64,000 nucleotides of DNA from Eledone cirrhosa. Its lineage: Eukaryota. Where the stretch lies: the NCBI GenBank assembly GCA_964016885.1, contig OZ024756.1:34224001-34288000 (forward strand), given 5' to 3'. Positions within the stretch are counted from its first letter, which is position 1. The number at the start of each line of letters is the position of its first letter. The notes beneath the pieces were generated by a model that saw only the letters and a program-made list of their open reading frames with translations, searched no databases and was not told where the DNA came from. The position numbers and the translations under genes were made by a program. This document shows, piece after piece, positions 54,970-64,000 of the stretch.

Positions 54970-55290
54970 ATGTGGAGGCACATGGCTTAGTGGTTAGAGC
55001 ATTGGCCTTGCAATCGAAAGGTTGTGAGTTCAATTCTCAGACCGGGTGATGTGTTGTTTCCTTGAGCAAGACACTTTATTTCACATTGCTCCAGTTTACT
55101 CAGCTGTAGAAATGAGATGATTCCACTGCAAAGTGGTCGTGGAGGTGCCACGGCAAAAAAGCACCCAGCACTCACTGTAAATGAGGTTGGTGTTAGGAAG
55201 GGCATCCAGCTGTAGAAATCAAGCCAGAATCAGTTCCCGTCCCACCCTTGCAAGCAGGGAAAAGTAAACGTAAAATGAAATGATGATGAA
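54970..55290 (+). mobile_element. tRNA-headed SINE family 2 with RTE-type 3' end and (GAT)n tail
   Basis: GGAGGCACATGGCTTAGTGGTTAGAGC...GTGAGTTCAATTCTC head and GTTAGGAAGGGCATCCAGCTGTAGAAA 3' part. Reverse copies lie at 50130-50455, 42770-43185, 45183-45300 and 3700-3890. Confidence 0.75.
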
Positions 55291-55344
55291 TGATGATATA
55301 TATGTGCGTGTGTGTGTATAAAAAATTATATACAATATATATAT

Positions 55345-55402
<58 letters not shown>

Positions 55403-55526
55403 GAGTGTGTGTGTGTGTATGTAAATATATATACACACACTCATATATATGAGTATATATATATATATATATACACACACACATATATATATGAGTGTAT
55501 ATATATATATATATATACACACACAT

Positions 55527-55569
<43 letters not shown>

Positions 55570-55802
55570 TGTATATATATATATATGTATGTATGTGTAT
55601 GTATAGGTGTGTGTAACATTAACTGGTGTTTGTATGGCTGAATCAGAAGAGGAGGGAGGTAGGTAGATGCTCCTTCTCAGACAGGTGTTAATGAAGCTTG
55701 AACATGGTTAAGTCGATGGGGTAGAACCAGGGTGGGGTGCCTGGGTATTTAGAACCTTCACCAACCTCACATTCTCCCAACTATGTGCTCCATTCTCCAA
55801 CA

Positions 55803-56020
55803 TTAACCCTTTAGCATTTACATTACTCTATATATACTATTGTATTTTCACGATAAAGACTTTATCTTACATAATATCTCGTATAATATTAAATCTACGA
55901 GATTTTGATGTAATTTATTTTGAGGACAATACCTTAACATCAGTATGAGCGGCGAGTTATGGCCAATTTGAACAGAAAGAGGTGCGAAAATTCTGGTCGG
56001 ATTAAATGCTAAAGGGTTAA
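55803..56020 (-). mobile_element. piggyBac-like MITE family A, full-length copy
   Basis: TTAACCCTTTAGCATTTA...TAAATGCTAAAGGGTTAA. Confidence 0.8.
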
Positions 56021-56741
56021 ATTATTTCAACTTGACAGTTTAGCAAGCTGACAAACCTAGTTTTTGACACTTCTTGATCTGACCGCATCAAGAAAATTTA
56101 CCAAGCCTCTATTTTCCACTACACAGTGCGCATTCACCTATGCCAAATCATATGACAAGTCATAATGCCATATGGCCCTCTCTACCTCTTTTGATATTTC
56201 CACAATGCTACTACGCGTCAAAGATGTTTAGTGATTTATTTATTGATCACAGGAAATTATTACGTATTTAACCTTTTCATTACAATATTTGCAATGAAAG
56301 ATATTGCTTATGGTTTTTAAATCATTTCAAAAATAATCAAGACTTTGGAGGGCTTTAGTGATATAACTAACTTTCTCATTATCAAGCTGATGTTTGGAAT
56401 ATAACTTAAAAGGTTCTGAAATAATTCTAGCCATATCCGGCCAGAATTATCTCACCTGTTCCTGTTCAAACAGGCTGTAATTGGATGCTCATACCGCTGT
56501 GAGAAAAAAAAAAAAACATTCTCAACATATATTGAGTGCCTCCTTTTTCCTTTGCTAAAAAAAAAGTCATGTATAAACATTTTATATCATCATCATCATC
56601 ATTTTATGTCCACTTTCCATGCTAGCATAGATTTGACAAGTTGTCATGGTCCAAAACAAGGCATGATCGAATAACCACATCTCGTTTATATGTTCCATAT
56701 TTTGGCAAGATTTCTACAGCTGGGCACCATCCTAAATGCCA

Positions 56742-57115
56742 ACCACTTTACAGAGTTTACTGAGCGCATTTTATTGTGGCACCAACACTACCAATTTACA
56801 GAGCCTACTGAATGCATTTTATTGTGGTACCAACACTACCACTTTACAGAGCATACTGAGTGCATTTTATTGCAGCACCAGCACTAATACTTTACAGAGC
56901 CTATTGGATGCATTTTATTGTGGTACCAGCAGTATCACTTTACAGTGTGTACTAAGTGCATTCTATCATGGCACCAGCACCACCACTTTACATATATTTA
57001 CTAGGTGCATTTTATTGTGGCACCAGTACTACCACTTTATAGTGGTGTACATCGGGTGCATTTTATTGTGGCACCAGCATTACCACTTTACAGTAGTGTA
57101 CATTGGGTGCATTCT
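56742..57115. repeat. Diverged 48-bp minisatellite (~8 copies)
   Basis: Unit ~CCACTTTACAGAG..TACTGAGTGCATTTTATTGTGGCACCAGCACTA. Confidence 0.85.
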
Positions 57116-57816
57116 ATGTTTAGTTGGGTGAAAGACATGACAACCTCACAAGGATTGATGCCTTGATTAAAATACATTTAAGTGAGATCAGTTCCTGGCC
57201 CATCTGTGAGATATTGGCTCAGATTAAGTACTGACTTGGTCTGTGAAGACCAGTGCTACCCTTGATCCCTTGATAGGTAAAATGGATGTTAACCGACGGT
57301 GATATGTATGCATTTGTGTATATATATCAATAAACTCTGTTTAGTCAACGGGAGAGAGAAAGAGAGAGTCAGACAGAGAGAAAGAGAGAGGGAGTCAGAC
57401 AGAGAGAGAGAGAGAGAGAGAGAGGGAGTCAGACAGAGAGAGAGAGAGAGAGAGAGAGAGGGAGTCAGACAGAGAGAGAGAGAGTCGTGAATACAACACC
57501 TAACCTAGGTCAAAGTGACCTTTCATTCCACTGAGATTGAAAAATATGGGTAGAAGAATGGGCAATATGCAGTCACTATATGCTGCACATATGTCAGTGT
57601 GCATGTACATGCATGTGTATGTGCATATTGATGGCTTAATGTTCACGTGTAAGTGTGTAATCATCATCACCATTTAATGTCTACTTATGTCAGTGTGTTT
57701 GTGTATGTGTGTATGTATGAATATGTAAATGTATGAATGTGTGAATGCATATGTGCATGTATGAGTGTGTGTATGTGTGTGTATACATGTGTTTGTGTAT
57801 GCATATGTGCATGCAT

Positions 57817-57861
<45 letters not shown>

Positions 57862-58175
57862 CATGTGTTTGTATATGCATATGTGCATGTATGAGTGTAT
57901 GTGTGCATGTGTGTGTAGACTTTGGTCATCAGGTTTTCTAAGAGCCAATCTATATATACGTGCGTCTGTCTAACTGATCACATGACCATTTAGCTGCTTG
58001 TTCGACTATTACACTAGCTGTCTCTCAGTCAATCAGGCTGGCCATCTATCTGCCTATCCATCCATCTTTCTATCTATCTGACTGTCCATCTATCTGTCAA
58101 CCGTGTCTAGCTATATGTGCATCGACCTATCTGTCTAGCTATATGTGCATCTTTATATTTATATATATATATATT

Positions 58176-58221
<46 letters not shown>

Positions 58222-58266
58222 TGTGTATGTATGCGTGTGTGTCTATGACAACTGTGTCTGTGGACC

Positions 58267-58306
<40 letters not shown>

Positions 58307-58704
58307 GCACCCCACTCTCACCAAGCGTAAAACTAGTAATATTTGTAACACTTACTCCTGTGTTTGTTTTCTGTTATTCCGAACTATAAGTGTGTGTATG
58401 TGTGCACCTGTTGACTATATATATCATCATCATCATCATTTTACGTCCGCTTTTCCCTGCTTGCAAGGGTTGGACGGGTCCTATTCAGCACAGCATCTCT
58501 CCACTTGTCACGGTCCTTCGCCATCTCCTCGGTGAGTTTCAGCGATCTGAGGTCTGCTCCACACACACACACACACACACACATGTATATCAGTATCTAT
58601 CAGTTGACTACATATATATATATATATATATATACATACATACACACACACATACAAACACACACGCAAACACAAATATATCAATGTCTGTCAGTTGACG
58701 ATAT

Positions 58705-58742
<38 letters not shown>

Positions 58743-59021
58743 TTCGGAAGGTAAACGATACATGGTTTCAATTGTGAACAACAATAGGGTGTGGCCTGGT
58801 GGTTAAGATCATAGGTTCAATTCCTGGACAGGGCAGTGCATTGTGTTCTTGAGTAAGACACTTCATTTCACATTACTTTTCACAATAGGACTAGGAGTCC
58901 CTATCATTAAAACATCTTATGGCATGCAACCTCATAAGGGACCTACAAAGCCTACATAATTTTGAGCTGTAACATGCATATATACATATGTGTATGTATG
59001 ATAGGACCAGGGGCCCTAGCA

Positions 59022-59246
59022 TTAACCCTTTAGCATTTAAACCGGCCGTATCTGGCCAGAATTCTTTCATCTCTTTCTGTTCAAACCAACTTATCAGCTA
59101 CTTATACTGATGTTAAGGTATTGTGCTCAAAATAAATATCAAAATCTCAGATTTGATATGTGAGAAATATGTGAGGTAAAGCCTTTACCATGAAAATATA
59201 ATAGTAAATTAGTAAATATAGAGTAATGTAAATGTTAAAGGGTTAA
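59022..59246 (+). mobile_element. piggyBac-like MITE family A, full-length copy
   Basis: TTAACCCTTTAGCATTTAAACCGGCC...AAAGGGTTAA. Confidence 0.8.
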
Positions 59247-60214
59247 TAAAAATCCAAGAAACCTTGTATGAGGTCAGCTAAATCAACTTTGGTATCAGGT
59301 GTAAACAATATGACTGAGGGGGAGCTCTATCATTAAAATTCCCCAAAACTTCTTATGACATGCAACCCTGTAGGTGGCCTGCAAAACTTACATTGGTGTG
59401 AGCTTTAACAACACAACAACATACATACATATATGTGTATGTGTTTGATAGGACTAGGGACCCAGTCATTAAAACACCAACGAATGCTCCTATGAAATGC
59501 AACCTGGTAAGAGGCCAACTAAACCTACACAGGTGTGAGCTATCATACACACACACACACAAGTGTGTGTGTGTGTGTGTGTGTGTGAGATAGGACTGAG
59601 GAACCCCTATCATTAAAACACCCAAGAAACTTCCTATAACTTGCAACCTCATAGGAAGTCTACTAAACCTACATTGGTGTGAACAGTAAATCTCTGTTTT
59701 TTTTTTTTGTTTTTTTTTCCCCCCAATAAGCTAACTGCAGTACATCCTGTAAATATTGCGTTAAAGTTCTGTCACATACCCCATAACTTTCAGCATCAAC
59801 ACACCTCATAGGAGGAGGGGGAAGGAGAAGAAAGAAAGAAAGCAGAAGAAAAAGAAGAAAGAAAGAAAGAATGAGAAGAATAAGGAGAAGGAGAAGAAGA
59901 AGGAGAAAAAGGAGAAAAAGAAGATATTTTGTAAAATGAAAAAAAAAAAATAAAAACTAGTAAGAAGAAAGAAAAATTAAGAAAAATAATTAAAACTTAG
60001 AAAGACATGATTGCCTCTTCTTGAGATAATGATTTAATTTCTATTAATTAGTGTAATCCACATTAAGCAGCAGAAAGGATCAATGTCAGGTTTATGAAAG
60101 AATTGCTGAATTGACGAAACATTTACATAAAACAGGTCGATTAGGATTAACGAAGATTATGATAGAAAATAGAGAAAGAGATCAATTAGTAATGACAAAA
60201 TGGGCTTTTAACCT

Positions 60215-60645
60215 CCGTTTACCAGATTTAAGCTCTGTCCTGGTTATCAAGGACTTACTAGTATAGTAGAATGTTGTGTTAGACCTCTGTCTACTAGATT
60301 TAAGCTCTGCCCTGGTTATCGAGGACTTACTAGTATAGTAGAATGTTATGTTAGACCTTTGTCTACCAGATTTAAGCTCTGTCCTATGGTGAACCTCCAT
60401 CTACCATACTTACAAATATTGTAGAATGTGGTGACCCTCAGTCAACTAGATTTAACCTCAATCTACCAGACTTAAGTTGAACTCTGGTTACCAAGGACCT
60501 ACTAGTATTGCAGAATGTGGTGTTAAACCTCAATCTACCAAATTTAAGCTCAACTTTGGTTATCAAGGACTTACTAATATTGCAGAATGTTATGGTAGAC
60601 TTCAATCTACCAGATTTAAGCTCAACTTTGGTTATCAAGGACCCA
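60215..60645. repeat. ~70-bp diverged tandem repeat
   Basis: CTACCAGATTTAAGCTC...GGTTATCAAGGACTTACTAGTAT..AGAATG. Confidence 0.8.
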
Positions 60646-62345
60646 TTCAATAATGTAGTCCTTGTTAGAGCCCTCCCAGACCCAAAACACATGAGGAATA
60701 GGATGGTCACAGCTGGAATGCCTTCGATCATAGATCTGCTCAACCATTAGCTGACCTGGGGCTAAACAACAACAAACCATAGGAGAAACCTGCACAGAGC
60801 TACTTGAATTACTAGAAATGTCAGTCAAATCTCCCTCAAATTAACACCCTACTGTCTTTGAAATAAGAAAATGGAAGGATACATTGGATAATCTAAGCTA
60901 CTATCTGAGAAAAAACAAAACAAAAAGGATGATCACATCTGGAACACGTTTGATCATAGGTCTGCCTGTGTCATCCAAGCTTACCTAGGGTTAACAACAA
61001 TTCTTTGTCTGCAACAGGTTGGTGAAATATATATATAGGAGTAGGTGAAGGTCATCCACAGGTTGGGATATATCTATATATGAGATTAGGTCAAGGTCAT
61101 CACTAGGCTGTTGATAAATATATCTTACAGTCGATTGACAAGATCCCAGACTGCATTCGCTTAATGAGTGGAGTGGAGCTCATCAAATTGGACCAAGGAA
61201 GCAATGTTTCCATTGGTCTTTTCAATTGCTAATACTATCTACTGGTCGCAAATCCAGGCAGAAGGAGCAACGTGAAATAAAGTGTCTTGCTGAAGGACAT
61301 AATGCATCACCCAGTCCAGGAATTAAACTCACAACCTGTAAGATTGAGAATTAAATTCTCTAACCACTCAGCCACGCGCTTTCACATTATATATTATATA
61401 TATATATATATATCATCATTTAACGTCCATCTTCCATGCTAGCATGGGTAGGATATATATATATATATATACTAGCATAGATATCCTCCAAAAATGACTA
61501 ACAAGGTCTATAGTAAAATAAAATGTTTCATTCAATGATTCTTTGACCTTCTTTCTTTAGTCACACCAAATATTATTATATTTCATTTTACATACTTTTT
61601 CTTCCATATTTTCTTTAATCATTATGAAACATATCCACCAAATTACAATCACTTCTACTTATGTATCTATAGGGATTCATATTTTGTTGTTTTTATTGTC
61701 CAAAGATAGATATATTGGTAAATATAAACATAAATAGCTATATGTAAACAGGTGGGTAGATACAGAGATAGATGGATAGACACTTAAGTAAATAGACAGA
61801 GATATATAGATAGATAGACAGACAAACAGTTAGACGAATAGGTAGGTGGGTGGATAGATAGATAGATGGATAGACAGATAGGTAGATAAATAGTTAGATA
61901 CATACAGTAGATGGATAGAGAGAGACAGATAGATGTTTGCATTGTCCAAAATAGATAGATATATAAGCAGATAGAAATAGATAGATACATAGATAGTTAT
62001 TCTATAGCGGACTAATTTGTCAACAGTGTGTGTGAGAAAGGTAGGGACAAAGATATCAAATTACCATTTCTTAAATAAATCTAACACAAAGTGATTCCAC
62101 ATGATTCATGGGTTTTTGGACAGATTTCCACAGCACAAATAAGAAAATGGCGATGCCACTACTGCTCTCTTTTGAACACATGTACGCATACATACACAAG
62201 CACACACACATGTACGCACACACACACACATGTACGCACACACACATGTACGCACACACACATGTACGCACACACACATGTACGCACACACATGTACGCA
62301 CACACACATGTACGCACACACACATGTACGCACACACACATGTAT

Positions 62346-62387
<42 letters not shown>

Positions 62388-62778
62388 TGAGATTTCAATC
62401 CCTAGGCAGAAATTGAACTCAGAATGCAAAGTACCAGAAAAGATACTGCAAGGTATCTTGTCCAACACACTGACAATTCTGCCAATCCATCCCAGTATGT
62501 GACTGGTACATTATTTTACTGACCCCCAAATGGATAGAATATTTTGTTAAAATTCTGTTGATGTTAACTTTGCTTCTATCAGATATCATCACCGTTTAAC
62601 ATCTACTTTTCCACGCTGGCATGGGTTAGATGAGTTATCCTGTTGTGAGCAATGCCAGGTCAGGTGACCATGTCTTGTTCATACAGAACTGATTCGAGCT
62701 AGGTTTCTACAGCTGGATGCCCTTCCTAATGCCAACCTCATTTACAGTGAGTATTGGGTGTTTTTTGTCGTAAAGCCT

Positions 62779-63628
62779 ACATGACCACTTTACAGTGTGG
62801 ACTGGAGGCTTTTTGCCAAGTAGACAGCATGACCACTTTACAGTGTGGACTGGAGGCTTCTTGCCAAGTAGACAGCATGACCACTTTACAGTGTGGGCTG
62901 GAGGCTTTTTGCCAAGTAGACATCATGACCACTTTACAGTGTGGACTGGAGGCTTTTTGCCAAGTAGACAGCATGACCACTTTACAGTGTGGACTGGAGG
63001 CTTTTTGCCAAGTAGACATCATGACCACTTTACAGTGTGGACTGGAGGCTTTTTGCCAAGTAGACATCATGACCACTTTAAAGTGTGGACTGGAGGCTTT
63101 TTGCCAAGTAGACATCATGACCACTTTACAGTGTGGACTGGAGGCTTTTTGCCAAGTAGACATCATGACCACTTTACAGTGTGGACTGGAGGCTTTTTGC
63201 CAAGTAGACATCATGACCACTTTACAGTGTGGACTGGAGGCCTTTTGCCAAGTAGACATCATGACCACTTTACAGTGTGGGCTGGAGGCTTTTTGCCAAG
63301 TAGACATCATGACCACTTTACAGTGTGGGCTGGAGGCTTTTTGCCAAGTAGACATCATGACCACTTTACAGTGTGGACTGGAGGCCTTTTGCCAAGTAGA
63401 CATCATGACCACTTTACAGTGTGGACTGGAGGCTTTTTGCCAAGTAGACATCATGACCACTTTACAGTGTGGGCTGGAGGCTTTTTGCCAAGTAGACATC
63501 ATGACCACTTTACAGTGTGGACTGGAGGCTTTTTGCCAAGTAGACATCATGACCACTTTACAGTGTGGGCTGGAGGCTTTTTGCCAAGTAGACATCATGA
63601 CCACTTTACAGTGTGGACTGGAGGCTTC
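62779..63628. repeat. 48-bp minisatellite (~17-18 copies)
   Basis: Unit CATGACCACTTTACAGTGTGGACTGGAGGCTTTTTGCCAAGTAGACAT. Confidence 0.95.
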
Positions 63629-64000
63629 ACTCGATGTATGCTTCAGACTGTCCTCATGGGAGATGTATGGGGGTGGGTGGGGTGGGCAATATAAAAAAAA
63701 AGGAAATAACTCTTCAGACCAATTCAACTATCAGTAATTTCTGTCATTTTATCAATGTGTGTGAGAGAGAGAGAAGGAGAGATAGTGAGTGTGAGAGGAA
63801 GCCAGCTCTTCAAATTACAGATACAGTGATCCACCAGTTTCTATACAGTTTCCATCTACCAAATTTGTCTGACAGAGAGTGAGGTTTGTGTCAAGGCCAT
63901 TGTAGAATAAAAACACTTGTCCAAGGTGTCGTGTACAGTTGAAATTGCATACTGGATCACAATCTTGTTACTAACTAAAGAGATAAGAGGGTGGGAGAGA

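Noticed and set aside
54970-55045. tRNA gene
   Set aside because: It is the tRNA-like head of a SINE that continues into the repeat body; no full cloverleaf or terminator is evident.

Overview
This is AT-rich, microsatellite-laden eukaryotic DNA. Its repeat landscape (tRNA-headed SINEs, RTE/CR1/Tx1 LINE remnants, TTAA MITEs) looks like an octopod cephalopod; the taxon is my inference. The left half holds a complete minus-strand EXOC2/Sec5 gene. I traced 28 coding exons by hand from ATG 27736 to TAA 5993 (2733 nt, 910 aa); all junctions are GT-AG and in phase, with a probable non-coding first exon and ETS/YY1 motif near 28351. The centre is a ~7.3 kb (TA)n/(TACA)n tract with a 200-N gap. The right half holds one isolated minus-strand exon of a G-protein alpha-s (GNAS-like) gene at 46887-47006; I found none of its neighbouring exons. 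The most notable finding is a ~520 bp near-perfect fold-back in the last EXOC2 intron, each arm carrying an apparently intact Penelope-type small hammerhead ribozyme motif. Also notable are a 48-bp SINE segment expanded into minisatellites at four loci, duplicated decoy splice acceptors before EXOC2 exon 11, and repeated MITE-in-MITE nesting. Almost all long ORFs in the supplied track are repeat artefacts.
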